A DNA stretch of 64,000 bases from an uncultured cyanobacterium (GCA_963704065.1 CAVPGX010000008.1:29852-93851); one strand, 5' to 3'. Counted from the first letter of the stretch, positions 20,880 to 31,842 are shown. The notes: generated by a model from the sequence alone, not told the origin. Made by a program: numbers and translations.

Positions 20880-23339
20880 CTAACTACTTTCGTTAAATAG
20901 CCATTGGTAGTAAGCATTGTCTGGATCGGCCTTTAAAACGTCTGAGATTTGGTCATACCAGTCATCTGCTTCCCCCTCGACTAACAACAACTGAGCTTTG
21001 TACAGCCGCCACAGGGTAGATCGTTCTTGCGCAATCTCGCTCTGCCAGGGAACATCCGCTGGCAGAGGCAATGGGGCATGGGTACGCATCACCACTGGCA
21101 ATACCCGGGCAATTTCTCCTGGGCGAACCCAATCGGCATATTCAATAAGCGGCCGGTCGTCAGTGACGGCAGGCGCATCTTGCACGTAGCTGGCCAACCC
21201 AGCTTGGTCAGTCACATAGGTGGCCAGCAATGCCTGGGGCGATTGAATGCCGACTTCTGTAAGGGCGGCTGTGACCGAGGGGGCGGCAAAGCGATCGCGA
21301 ATCTGGTCAGGATTCAGCGCAAGGGGCTGCATCGAGCCGATCAGCATCATTTCGTGGAACTCGGTGCTCCACAGGGTGACGTAGGGAAACGCATCGAGCA
21401 GGCTGCGCACCAACGATCGCGAATCCTCGTCGTTTTGGGTGGCCAGGGGCCACCACTGGGCCAGCAAGCCGTCGGGAGCTAGCCTGGATTTGGCCAGCTC
21501 ATAAAAATCGCGAGAATACAAATTCACAACCCCAGAGGCTGACGGTGGGGGCGGCTCCAGCGTAATCAGGTCAAACTGCTTTTGCGTCCGCAGCAGTTCA
21601 TGGCGGCCATCACTGACGGCAATAGTCACTCTGGGATCATGGGTGACGTCGAAGTTACCAACAAAGGTTTGAGCCGCTGCGACCACTGGGGGCAATAACT
21701 CGTAGGTGACTCGCTCCTCCAAATCTGGGTAGGCCAGCAGCGACCCACTGGTAATACCAGAGCCGAGCCCCACTACCATGGCGGAGCGGGGGTGGCCTGG
21801 ATGGATGATCAGCGGCAAGAGCGCCTGCAACCGCATATAACGCAACGAGGGAAACACATCGCCAGTATTAGAGACGCCCTGAATGTAGAGGCGATGAAAG
21901 GATCCTTGGGGGGTGGGTTGTTCGATCACGGCGACGGTATTGCCGACACTTTCTTGGTAGAACAGCAGTTTGCCAGGATGTTGCATCGTGAGCAGTTGGG
22001 CAAAGTTGTCCCCTGGGGTGAGGCCACCGAGCCCTACCACCCCAACGACGGCAATAGTAATAGCGGTTTTGCCGCCCCATCCTTTTGCCTCTTGCCGAAT
22101 GGCAATCGCCCCCAAGAGCGTCGCTATGCCCGCCAGCAGGGCCATACTGTAAACCAACCCGAGACGCGGCACCAGCACAAATCCGGTCAATCCGGTCCCG
22201 ACGATGCCGCCCACCGTATTCAGCGCCGTGACCAGACCGACATCTGCGCCCACGTGCTGAGTCCGCGCCACCAAGCGAATCGCCAGGGGATAGGCCGCTC
22301 CCAACAAGATGGTCGGCAACAAGACAAAAACGCCGGTGACCACGGCAAAGGTGGTGAGTTTCATCGCCATACGGCTATGGGTCACGGCTAAGGCCCACGC
22401 TCCCAGGTCATGCTGCGCTTTGAGCAGCCAGATATCGGTGAGGGTAAAGCTAGCCAGGGCACAAATGCCCGCCCCGGCAATTAAACTGCCGAACACCACC
22501 CAGGGATGCCGCAGGCGATCGCTCCAGTAAGAACTCACCCAACTCCCGACCGCCAGCCCCAACAGATAGGTGGCGAGAACGACGGCAAAGGCATAGGCGC
22601 GAGTGCTCAAAAACTGCACGAGGGCCTGCGACCAGATGACCTCATAGCCTAGCGCCAGCCCGCCCGCGATCGCGTACAAAATCAGCGCCAAGGAGACCTG
22701 TCGTCGAGGTGGCGTAGCGGGGGGGGGCGGTACGGCTGCCGCCGGTTGCCAGACGGGCTGTAGTGCGATCGCCGCCAGCGCCAGGATGAAATTTATGGCA
22801 GCAGCCACCCAGGCAGTGTGTTGGATGCCCAGGTTGGCAATCAGATAGAAAGCAGTGATCAGGGTACCGGCGATCGCCCCAGCCGTGTTGGCCGCGTACA
22901 ACCAACCGGATGTGCGGCCCACAAATCCCGCGACCGGTTGGCAGGCCCGCAGCAATGCCACCAGCGTCCCGCCCATCAGCGCGGCAGGTACCCCCACGAG
23001 TAAAAACGGCCAAACCCAGGCGAGCCATCCGACCGTATCTTGTAGCTCCACAAAGAGGCGATCGCTCCGGGCCAGGGCCCACGTAGCGCCGACCCCAGTG
23101 ATGGCAATGCCAAATTCGAGGGCGCTGTAGATCCATAGAGCGTTTTTGGCCCGATCGACCCAGCGGCCAATCCCCCAGTTACCTAAGGCGAGCCCAGCAA
23201 AAAAGGCACTAATGCCAATGGTGACGGCGTAGACTTCAACCCCGACCACGAGCGCCAGTTGCTTGACCCAAAGGGTTTGATAAATCAGCGCTGCCAGCCC
23301 GGAAAAGAAAAGAATAGCGGTTGCAAACAGAGATTTCAT
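20880..23339 (-). CDS. Fused MFS-like membrane / spermidine synthase protein
   Basis: Repeated SG.AAL.Y/E..W and LYAANTAGAIAG membrane units, then VGLGSGIT, DGRHEL, ITLEPPPP, LYSRDFY. Confidence 0.92.
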   Translation of the reverse strand: MKSLFATAILFFSGLAALIYQTLWVKQLALVVGVEVYAVTIGISAFFAGLALGNWGIGRWVDRAKNALWIYSALEFGIAITGVGATWALARSDRLFVELQDTVGWLAWVWPFLLVGVPAALMGGTLVALLRACQPVAGFVGRTSGWLYAANTAGAIAGTLITAFYLIANLGIQHTAWVAAAINFILALAAIALQPVWQPAAAVPPPPATPPRRQVSLALILYAIAGGLALGYEVIWSQALVQFLSTRAYAFAVVLATYLLGLAVGSWVSSYWSDRLRHPWVVFGSLIAGAGICALASFTLTDIWLLKAQHDLGAWALAVTHSRMAMKLTTFAVVTGVFVLLPTILLGAAYPLAIRLVARTQHVGADVGLVTALNTVGGIVGTGLTGFVLVPRLGLVYSMALLAGIATLLGAIAIRQEAKGWGGKTAITIAVVGVVGLGGLTPGDNFAQLLTMQHPGKLLFYQESVGNTVAVIEQPTPQGSFHRLYIQGVSNTGDVFPSLRYMRLQALLPLIIHPGHPRSAMVVGLGSGITSGSLLAYPDLEERVTYELLPPVVAAAQTFVGNFDVTHDPRVTIAVSDGRHELLRTQKQFDLITLEPPPPSASGVVNLYSRDFYELAKSRLAPDGLLAQWWPLATQNDEDSRSLVRSLLDAFPYVTLWSTEFHEMMLIGSMQPLALNPDQIRDRFAAPSVTAALTEVGIQSPQALLATYVTDQAGLASYVQDAPAVTDDRPLIEYADWVRPGEIARVLPVVMRTHAPLPLPADVPWQSEIAQERSTLWRLYKAQLLLVEGEADDWYDQISDVLKADPDNAYYQWLFNESS

Positions 23340-23420
23340 TCAGACAAAAATTTATCGGGCGCTAAGAAAGAATTGCAGTGGGCGTTAAAGCTCAAAGCTG
23401 CGATGTAAAAATCTATTTTC

Positions 23421-23457
23421 AAAAAATGGGGGTAGAGATAGTCGCTATCTCTACCCC
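23421..23457 (-). terminator. Intrinsic terminator after the arylsulfatase
   Basis: 13-bp perfect stem GGGGTAGAGATAG/CTATCTCTACCCC (23429-23457), with a T-run following on the minus strand. Confidence 0.85.
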
Positions 23458-23482
23458 AAATCAAACTCGACTAATGGCTTGA

Positions 23483-25171
23483 TTAGCTACCAGTCGGAGT
23501 TTGCAGCTTCTCTAGCACCTGATCAATGGAGAAGCTGGCAGCTTTCTGCCGGGGCGGATACTCCTTGAAGGTTGCTAGAAACTCACCCACATACTTCTGG
23601 GCCGGAGTTAACAAGAAAACATGATCAATCATCCAATCAAAGTAGGTGTTGGAGGTGATACTGGCTCTCTCGTAGGGATCCATCCGCAAGTTGTAGATAA
23701 AGGGCACCCGCAGTTCGGTAAACGGCTCGGCCCAGATGTCCAAGGTTCCCGGCGTGCGCTGCTGGGCGAAGTGAAACTTCCAATTGTCGTAGCGCAGCGC
23801 CAGTAAATCGCCATCATCCGAGAAGTAGAAGATCGAGTCCCGTGGCGACTTATCGACTTCACCCGTCAGGTAAGGCAGAATGTTGTAGCCATCGAGATGC
23901 ACCTTAAAGCGCTTACCGTTGGCTTTATAGCCCGTCAGCAGCTTTTCTTGAACATCAGGGACTCCTGCTGCTGCCAGGAAGGTGGGCATCCAGTCCATAT
24001 GAGACACGATGTCATTGGAAACGGAGCCGGGCTTGATGTGTCCGGGCCAGCGCACCATGGCGGGCACGCGGAATGCCCCTTCCCAACCGGTATCCTTCTC
24101 ACCCCGGAAGGGCGTCATGGCCGCATCAGGCCATGAGTTCATGTGGGGGCCGTTATCCGTGCTGTAGATGACAATGGTGTTGTCGGCAATCCCGGCTGCG
24201 TCAATGGCATCCAACACCTGACCGACGTTTTTGTCGTGGTCAATCATGGTGTCATGATAAGGCGACTGCCAGCGACCCGCCTGCCCCAAGCTTTCCGGCT
24301 TGGGATGGGTGCGGAAGTGCATGTGGGTAAAGTTCGTCCACAGGAAGAAAGGTTGCCCAGCTTCCGCTTGTTTTTGCAGATAAGCGATCGCTCGATCGGC
24401 AATGTCATCGTCGATGGTTTCCATCCGCTTTTTAGTCAGCGGACCCGTATCTTCGATGCGACCATCGGCAAAGGTGTGCAGCACACCCCGAGGACCATAG
24501 TTTTTCGCGAAGTTGGGAAAGTCTTCTGGCTTAGGATAGTCAGGTAGTTCCGGCTCTTCCTCAGCATTCAAGTGATAGAGGTTGCCGTAGAACTCATCAA
24601 AACCGTGAGCCGTGGGCAAAAACTCATCCTTGTCACCCAGGTGGTTTTTACCAAATTGAGCGGTGGCGTAGCCCTGTTCTTTCAACAGTTCAGCAATGGT
24701 GGGGTCTTCGGCTCTGAGACCAATGTCTGCTCCCGGCAGACCCACCTTACTGAGGCCAGTACGGAAGACGCTTTGCCCGGTGATAAAGGCCGAGCGCCCT
24801 GCCGTACAGCTTTGCTCAGCATAGTAATCCGTAAAAATCATCCCCTCGTCGGCAACGCGATCAATGTTAGGGGTGCGGAAGCCCATCATGCCTTTGGTGT
24901 AGGCACTGATATCACTTTGGCCAACGTCATCGCCCCAGATCACGATGATATTAGGTTTGCCTGAAGTCTTGCCAGCCGGTTGAGCTGCCGTGGTCGTGGA
25001 CTTATAGGAAGAATAGTTGGCTGCTAGCGCTATAGAGGATTGCCCTGGTAGGTTCCAAGGGGTAAGCACCATCGCAACTGCTAACAGAACTGCGGTCAGT
25101 CGTGTCAGCAGGCGCGGCACAAACATCCAGATAGCGCGATCGCCGGAAAATTGTGGCTTCGGATCGCTCAT
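23483..25171 (-). CDS. Arylsulfatase (Cys-type, exported)
   Basis: KPNIIVIWGDDVG, SCTAGRS formylglycine motif, GKNHLG, TDNGP; hydrophobic N-terminal signal. Confidence 0.93.
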   Translation of the reverse strand: MSDPKPQFSGDRAIWMFVPRLLTRLTAVLLAVAMVLTPWNLPGQSSIALAANYSSYKSTTTAAQPAGKTSGKPNIIVIWGDDVGQSDISAYTKGMMGFRTPNIDRVADEGMIFTDYYAEQSCTAGRSAFITGQSVFRTGLSKVGLPGADIGLRAEDPTIAELLKEQGYATAQFGKNHLGDKDEFLPTAHGFDEFYGNLYHLNAEEEPELPDYPKPEDFPNFAKNYGPRGVLHTFADGRIEDTGPLTKKRMETIDDDIADRAIAYLQKQAEAGQPFFLWTNFTHMHFRTHPKPESLGQAGRWQSPYHDTMIDHDKNVGQVLDAIDAAGIADNTIVIYSTDNGPHMNSWPDAAMTPFRGEKDTGWEGAFRVPAMVRWPGHIKPGSVSNDIVSHMDWMPTFLAAAGVPDVQEKLLTGYKANGKRFKVHLDGYNILPYLTGEVDKSPRDSIFYFSDDGDLLALRYDNWKFHFAQQRTPGTLDIWAEPFTELRVPFIYNLRMDPYERASITSNTYFDWMIDHVFLLTPAQKYVGEFLATFKEYPPRQKAASFSIDQVLEKLQTPTGS

Positions 25172-25375
25172 GATTAATTGTGATCTCCGTATCAATCGAT
25201 ATGTCCAGTCCTAGCTCGCTAAATTAACGCGGCCCTGCAATTAAGTGATTATTTTTTTGCAGTAATTAACATAGCCGTTAGCTTACCAAAAGTTGGCTTA
25301 TGGTTCGACAACAAAAAGATTAAGTTTCGCGGCCACTACAGTGGTGTACTGGGTTTCCAGAACAACCCAGCAGTT

Positions 25376-27040
25376 TCAAGACACCTCGCTGATGGACAAA
25401 TCATTTAATTGCGCCAGAAGCGGATTCTGCTCCACCCATACTGACACTGAGCCGCCATTGCAGCGAAACTCGGCCCAGCCTTTTTCGTTAGTTTCAATCG
25501 GTTCTTCGATATGTCCAGTAATGTCATGGAATGTGGTATTTAGCTTACCCACTTCCATCCATTTCGTCCCGGCGGGGCCATCGCTGAGAAGTACGGCCAT
25601 GGCATGGGGATGCTGCTCCGAACCTAACCGCGTCCAGCCAATGGTGTTGAAGTGGTCGATGTAGTTGTACTGAGGACCATAGGCAAAGTGTTGGCGGGCA
25701 AAGAGCAGCCGATCGATGATTTCCTTATGAGAATCCATCCAGATTTCGTATTCATTGCCGTCCCGCGCTTTATCTTTGTAGTGAGCACCGTAGTAGTCGG
25801 CATAGAAGACACAAGGATAACCCTCAGCGCGCAGCAGAATGATCGCATAGGCCAACGGCTTAAACCATGACTCGACGATCGACTCCAATGCCTGCAGCGG
25901 CTGGGTATCGTGATTTTCCACCAGCGTCACGGCGAACAGCGGCAGTTCCTTCATCAAGGTGCCGTCAAAGATCCGCCGCATGTCGTAGTTCCCATTAGCC
26001 TTGCTAGCTTTGTGGAAATTGTGATGTAGCGGTGCATCAAATAGGTGCATGCGTCCGCCAGCATTGCCGATATACCAACTCAGGGTGCCAAAGTTATAGG
26101 TCCAATATTCACCCACACAAAAGAGATCCCGGCCAGCATGGGCTTCGAGGTGATCCAGCCAGTCGTTGAAAAAGTCACCATTAATGTGTTTGATTGCGTC
26201 AAGCCGGAAGCCATCGGTACCGATATTATCCAGCATCCACTCACCCCAGTACTTCAGCTCACCCCGAACTTCCGGATGGTTGATGTCAAGGTCACAGCCC
26301 ATGAGGTAGTCATAGTTGCCCACTTCTAGGTCAACTTTGGTTTCAAAGCTTTTGTCAGCCATCTTCCAGACAGCTTTGAAATCTGGCTCATAGCTGTTGT
26401 AGTCCACCGAGTCGAAGTGCCACCAGTGCCACTTCATGCTGGAATATTTGTCGCCGCGTCCAGGAAACTCAAAGCTGGTCCAAGATTTGATTTTGCGCGG
26501 ACCACCAAGAGCACGATGGCGATTGTTCGGATCAAATGGAATGGCGTCGAATTCTTCTTCGTAGTCAGCTGCCATCCGGTGATTAAACACCACATCGGCG
26601 TAGATTTGGATACCGTTGGCGCGACAGGTTTTGACCGCATCGACGTATTCATCCTTGGTGCCGTACTTAGTGGGAATCGAACCTTTTTGGTCAAACTCGC
26701 CTAAGTCAAATAGGTCATAAACGCCATAACCCACGTCATAGCCACCGCCGATCCCCTTATAGGCCGGTGGTAACCACAGCGCTGTGAAACCGGCGGCGGC
26801 CAGTGCCTTGGCTTCTGTTTTTAAATTGCTCCAGTGATTGCCATCCGCCGGAATATACCAGTGAAACCACTGCATCATGGTGCCATTCTGCTCGGTGTCC
26901 TTTGGTGGTGGCGCGATCGTCGCTAAATTTGCCTGTAACCATTCTTTTAGCGTGCTCTGCGATCGCTCCAGCACATCGGGGCTAAGGTCTTTGCCGAGGG
27001 CACGAAACTGTTCTTTGAGCTGCTGAAATGGATTAGACAT
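25376..27040 (-). CDS. Alpha-amylase (GH13, Bacillus/AmyA type)
   Basis: NGTMMQWFHW, DVVFNH, GFRLDAIKH, GEYW, VENHDTQP. Confidence 0.95.
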   Translation of the reverse strand: MSNPFQQLKEQFRALGKDLSPDVLERSQSTLKEWLQANLATIAPPPKDTEQNGTMMQWFHWYIPADGNHWSNLKTEAKALAAAGFTALWLPPAYKGIGGGYDVGYGVYDLFDLGEFDQKGSIPTKYGTKDEYVDAVKTCRANGIQIYADVVFNHRMAADYEEEFDAIPFDPNNRHRALGGPRKIKSWTSFEFPGRGDKYSSMKWHWWHFDSVDYNSYEPDFKAVWKMADKSFETKVDLEVGNYDYLMGCDLDINHPEVRGELKYWGEWMLDNIGTDGFRLDAIKHINGDFFNDWLDHLEAHAGRDLFCVGEYWTYNFGTLSWYIGNAGGRMHLFDAPLHHNFHKASKANGNYDMRRIFDGTLMKELPLFAVTLVENHDTQPLQALESIVESWFKPLAYAIILLRAEGYPCVFYADYYGAHYKDKARDGNEYEIWMDSHKEIIDRLLFARQHFAYGPQYNYIDHFNTIGWTRLGSEQHPHAMAVLLSDGPAGTKWMEVGKLNTTFHDITGHIEEPIETNEKGWAEFRCNGGSVSVWVEQNPLLAQLNDLSISEVS

Positions 27041-27173
27041 GACTGCGCAGAAGCTAGGGGGAATATTCAGCGGTTGCAGTAACGGAGAAACCCGCAACCG
27101 AATTGTTTAAGGACAATTGACACAGATTATAGCTGGGTCAGTCAAGTCAGCTAGCGCACAGACCCCAAAAGGC

Positions 27174-27203
27174 CCAGTCCTCAACATACCAGTCCTCAAC
27201 ATA
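27174..27203. repeat. Perfect 15-bp tandem repeat (CCAGTCCTCAACATA x2)
   Basis: Read directly at 27174-27188 and 27189-27203. Confidence 0.93.
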
Positions 27204-27315
27204 TCTGCTAGAGCCGCACACATCACCGTCGATCGTGGCTGAAGTACACAACCTGGGTGGTTCCCCAGGATTTGGGCAATCTAAATTTATATTGGGTTTG
27301 AGTAACTCACCGGAA

Positions 27316-29291
27316 ATGACTATCCTTGCGAAATATTTAGCGCGTTACAAGACATTGCCAGTTGCAGTCAAGCTGCTGTCTCCACCACTCTGTATCTTCC
27401 TCAGTTTATGGACAGCAGGCATCGTGGGGTTCAGTTTATGTACAAACCATCACTTAGAAATGGCGGGCCGCAAGGAGACACAGAATTTTGCCTCGCTGCT
27501 GGAGCAAGATTTACAACGGAAGCTTAAAGTTCTTAACCTCAAAGCCCAGTGGATCAGTCAAGAAAACAAGATCATAGAGGCCATTGCTGCGGGTGATCAG
27601 GCCCAACTGCGTAGTGTCCTATTAGCACCCCAAGCGACTTTAGAATTGGATTTGATGAGTGTGGTTGCACCGAATGGCCAACCCTTAGTCTCTTCGCAGC
27701 GAAATGCCCTCGGGGCAGCAACATTTCAGCATGCGACCCTGCGCCCTAACCCCCAAGCGGAATTCGCCTCAGCCGGTATACTATTGGCCAAAAATACCGC
27801 ACCGTCGGCCCTCGTTAGTTTTAAGTCGATCAAATCCCCCACCAAGAAGACACTAGCGAATTTAGTTCTGGGTATTGCGATTGATGACAAGCTGCTCAAT
27901 CAAATTCGCGGCGATACAGCGATGCATTTGGTTGCCTTCCAGGGCGATCGTGTGACCGCTTCAACCTTACAGTTCGATCGCACCAAACGCTGGCATTTTC
28001 CTCAACCAAGCGATGCGGTCACCTGGATTGAGATTGGCAATGAGACCTACTTGATCAAGACCATTGAGCTGCCAGGTGCGAATCAAACGACACAGAAAAT
28101 TGCTGTACTCAACTCGATCCAAGATCTAGAGCAAGCCGAAGCCAGTATGTTTTTTGCGGCGGGGAGCTTTGGGATATTGGGCGCAGGTCTATTGGCTGGG
28201 AGCACAATTTTCGGATTCCAGATCACTCAAGCCCTCAGCCGTCGTATCCAACGCCTGACTCAGGCGACCCAACAATTAGCTGCGGGCAACTTACACATTC
28301 GCATTCCGGTTACTAGCCAAGATGAAGTGGGGTATTGGCTCAGGGATTCAATCAGATGGCCGAGCAACTGACCAACCGCGATCAGCAACTGCAACAAAAA
28401 ATGCAGGAATTGCAAAATACACTTGCCCAACTGCACCAGGCCCAGAGCCAAATGGTCCAAAGCGAAAAGCTCTCAGCCTTGGGACAAATGGTCGCCGGGA
28501 TAGCGCACGAAATCAATAACCCGGTCACTTTTATTCATGGCAATCTGACTTATCTCGATCGCTATACGCAAGACCTGATTCGATTGATCCAAACCTACCA
28601 ACAGCATTACCCGCAGCCGCCACAATCGTTGCAAGCTGACTTAGATAGTGTGGAGCTAGACTTTCTAATTGAGGATCTAACGAAGATTCTCAAGTCAATG
28701 CACATCGGGTCGGAACGGATTCGGGATATTGTCATTTCATTGCGCAACTTCTCGCGCCTGGATGAAGCCGAATTCAAGACTGTGGACTTGCATGAGGGGA
28801 TTGATAACACCTTAATCATTTTGCAACACCGACTCAAGCCAAAGCCAGGATTTCCAGCGATTGACATCGTCAGGGACTATGCCCAATTGCCGCTAGTTGA
28901 GTGCTATCCCGGATACCTGAACCAGGTATTTATGAACTTATTGACCAATGCAATTGATGCCATCGAGGATGCCGCACGTCAACAGGCAGAGGCAGCAGAG
29001 CCAGTACAACCACGTAGCATTTGGATCGCCACTCAAGTAACACCAGATAATCAGATAAGAATTACGATCGCGGATGATGGCTCAGGCATTCCTGAATCAG
29101 TCAAGGCACGTATTTTTGATCCATTCTTTACAACCAAGCCGATCGGGAAAGGCACCGGTTTAGGCTTATCCATCAGCCATCAAATCATTATTGAAAAGCA
29201 CCATGGCAAGCTACTGTGTGATTCGATTCAAGGAGAGGGCACGAAATTTGTGATTGAGATTCCAGTTCATCCGTCCAAACCGCATGTCTAG
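27316..29291 (+). CDS. Membrane sensor histidine kinase (periplasmic sensor, HAMP, HisKA, HATPase); frameshift at the G-run 28329-28332
   Basis: HAMP ...SQDEVG continues as (V)LAQGFNQMAEQL if one G is added; AHEINNP and FTTKPIGKGTGLGL. Confidence 0.9.
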
Positions 29292-29341
29292 TTAAGTCAC
29301 CATATGGCGCTGTTATCGCCACAATACGACACCTCAGCCGC

Positions 29342-30430
29342 CTACTGAAACACAAATTCTGGCAGTGTCTGTGTCACGCCATTGGGCAACGTAATCGTGA
29401 CTTGAAACCCTTCATCCAGCTCGCCAATCAGTTGGGTATAGAGATAGGACTGCGATCGAGCCACTTCAACTTGCTGCTGCACCAACACTTCCTGGCCATC
29501 ACTCACGCTCAGCTGTAAATTCACCGGCAAGGCTCCCCCATCGGGCTGGCCCAACACCAGCAACAGCGACCATTCACTCGGATCGAGCTGGCCAATGACA
29601 ACATATAATCGCAGCGCCAGATCAGCCGTTGGTAGATCAAAGTAAGCACTCTGAGCATTTTCCGAAATCGCAATACCTTGTTGCTGCACAGTTTGTAGCA
29701 CTTGGGCCAACATATCCGCTGGCGAAGTGGGTGCAGCTGTCGATCGTAAACCCACCGTTTGGGGCACCAGCGGTGGCAGCAAAACCCCAGACAGCTCCGC
29801 GGCCAAATCATCCAAGCGACGATTCAGCCATTGCCCCACCCGAATCTGCGCCTGCGCCACTTGGGCCTGTACCGCTGCCACTTGATCAGACAAGGCTACA
29901 GGCAGCGGAATCATCGCGGGGTCAGAACAGCGCAACGTTAGTAACAGCTGATTATCGCCAAGATCCCAACGATCGCTGGGCAACCGATAAGCCTGATCTT
30001 CCAACAGTAAGGTCTGCGCCTTCAGCTGGTCATAACGTGTGGAACCCATGATCCAGACTTGGCCATATTCTTCTTGCACACCGACCGCCACGTACAGGTG
30101 GCAAGCCGCTTGATTTTGATCCAGCAGCGATTGGGGCAGCAAAACTTCATCTTCTTCCGGTGCCGCCAGGCTGCAAACGCGAAAGCCGTTAACTTGCCAA
30201 ATGCCATCACTCAGCTGACTCACAGACATTTCCGGCGCGCGCTGATGCAACCATTGCTCAAACCCGGCTGATGCAAGGGCATTCAGGTATGCCGTCCACT
30301 GCTCCCGCCCCGGGACTGCCTGACTCGCTTGCTGGGCGGTGGCAATTGTCGGTGGACTCAAGACGATCGCGTCTTCACGCTCCGGCTGAAAATCTGCTAG
30401 GTCAATTGTGTCGATTAAGAAGTCCGTCAT
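29342..30430 (-). CDS. DUF1822 family protein
   Basis: W.AYLNALA..GFEQWL, CHLYVAV.V.EE, ..VGQWL, C-terminal WSLLLVLG...YLYTQLIGELDEGFQVTI pattern. Confidence 0.8.
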   Translation of the reverse strand: MTDFLIDTIDLADFQPEREDAIVLSPPTIATAQQASQAVPGREQWTAYLNALASAGFEQWLHQRAPEMSVSQLSDGIWQVNGFRVCSLAAPEEDEVLLPQSLLDQNQAACHLYVAVGVQEEYGQVWIMGSTRYDQLKAQTLLLEDQAYRLPSDRWDLGDNQLLLTLRCSDPAMIPLPVALSDQVAAVQAQVAQAQIRVGQWLNRRLDDLAAELSGVLLPPLVPQTVGLRSTAAPTSPADMLAQVLQTVQQQGIAISENAQSAYFDLPTADLALRLYVVIGQLDPSEWSLLLVLGQPDGGALPVNLQLSVSDGQEVLVQQQVEVARSQSYLYTQLIGELDEGFQVTITLPNGVTQTLPEFVFQ

Positions 30431-30486
30431 AGCGATTCACCGAGGCTGGATCAAAAGAGTCATTGGGTTCGTTCACCAACACATAG

Positions 30487-31842
30487 CTAGGAGCGGGCCA
30501 CAGCATATGCACGATCAAGATAATTGCATAGCGTCCGCGAGAACATTGTACCGGTGACGTAGTCCTTCGGACTTTGCGCCTGGGCCGCCGCTTCTTGCAT
30601 CACGCCTTCAATCTGGTCATCGAGCGCGGCTTCAATTTGCCTATCCAGTTGGGCCAGCCGATCGGGAGCAATTAGATCAGCCGCTTGCTGCTTCACAAAA
30701 CTGATTAAGGCTTGCACCATTTGATGGCGCACATCTTCCCGAAATGCCTTGAGATTCAGCAAGCGGCTCACTTGAAATTGGGCTTTAAGTCCAACCTGGG
30801 CAGCAATTTCGGTCATCGACATGCCATCACAGTGGAAGAATTTCAGCGCGGCCAGAAAATGCTGCGATTTATCGCCTTTGTAGCGCTGCGTGCGGATTGT
30901 GATCACTTGATTAAACGCCGTCTCCAGGGCATTGGCAAATTGCCCTCGGAACGCCTGGAGAAATTCCTGCTGCTGATTAGCCGCCTCATCTTCGACCAGC
31001 GTGGGGGCAGCCAATCGATCGCCGATCGTTACATCTGCGCCACTTTCGATCGAGACCGTCGGCAATCGTCCAGTCCGCGCCGCCACCCGATATTGCCGGA
31101 GCTGCGATGCGATTTGTTGGAGTTGCGCCAAAATCCTGCGGGGAGTACCTTCTCCCAATTCCTGTTGTATCCGGATTAGTTGTTCTTCGGATGGCGGCGG
31201 ACAAGCCCCGCGAACACCGGCCTGACGTTGCAGTAGACGATCGGCGCGGTAGACTGCATGATACGCCTCAAGTAGACAGACCGCTTGTTCTGCTTCAAAG
31301 CGGCTAATATTGTGAAATTCGGTCAGCACCCGCCGCAGTTTACTCACGTTGGTATCATTGAGGATGGCCCAATCGCTAAGCAAACAGACGCCCGATTCCA
31401 GCAAAAATTGATTCAAATCGCGGTTGTGCTTTACGAGTCGAATTGTCCAGGTCGCGAGGCTGCCTTTACCGGGTTCGAAGGTATTGAGGATGTGGCGAGC
31501 AACGCTGACGTAGCGGCTATTGGACTGGAGTTTGCCATCATCATCCAGCACAAGCGGAAATAGATCCTGGCGCGAAAAACCGTAGGTGATGCCAAATTGC
31601 TGTTCGAGTTGGATACAAACTAGCTCGATTTGATTGGAAATAAAGCAGCGCAAACAAAGGTCGGCTAAGGGTTCGGTGCGACTCAGTTCCAGCAGTTTGG
31701 CTTGAATTTCGTTCGGATCAAAGTCCTCATCCGACGGAAAATGCTGAGAGAAAAAAGTCTTCGCTGCAGGAAGTTCAGCCGCCTTACGGTGTCCTGTGAC
31801 ATCCAGACGGGTGAGTTTCCAGTAGCGGGCGTTACGACTCAT
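30487..31842 (-). CDS. Large atypical sigma-70-like / HTH protein
   Basis: FEPGKGSLATWTIRLVK (region 2.3/2.4-like) and FHCDGMSMTEIAAQVGLKAQFQVSRLL (region 4.2-like HTH). Start ATG 31842 inferred. Confidence 0.65.
   Translation of the reverse strand: MSRNARYWKLTRLDVTGHRKAAELPAAKTFFSQHFPSDEDFDPNEIQAKLLELSRTEPLADLCLRCFISNQIELVCIQLEQQFGITYGFSRQDLFPLVLDDDGKLQSNSRYVSVARHILNTFEPGKGSLATWTIRLVKHNRDLNQFLLESGVCLLSDWAILNDTNVSKLRRVLTEFHNISRFEAEQAVCLLEAYHAVYRADRLLQRQAGVRGACPPPSEEQLIRIQQELGEGTPRRILAQLQQIASQLRQYRVAARTGRLPTVSIESGADVTIGDRLAAPTLVEDEAANQQQEFLQAFRGQFANALETAFNQVITIRTQRYKGDKSQHFLAALKFFHCDGMSMTEIAAQVGLKAQFQVSRLLNLKAFREDVRHQMVQALISFVKQQAADLIAPDRLAQLDRQIEAALDDQIEGVMQEAAAQAQSPKDYVTGTMFSRTLCNYLDRAYAVARS

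Noticed and set aside
21792-22391. Long antisense ORFs within GC-rich genes (also 10618..11292 and 55687..56337)
   Set aside because: Shadow frames of well-supported genes.
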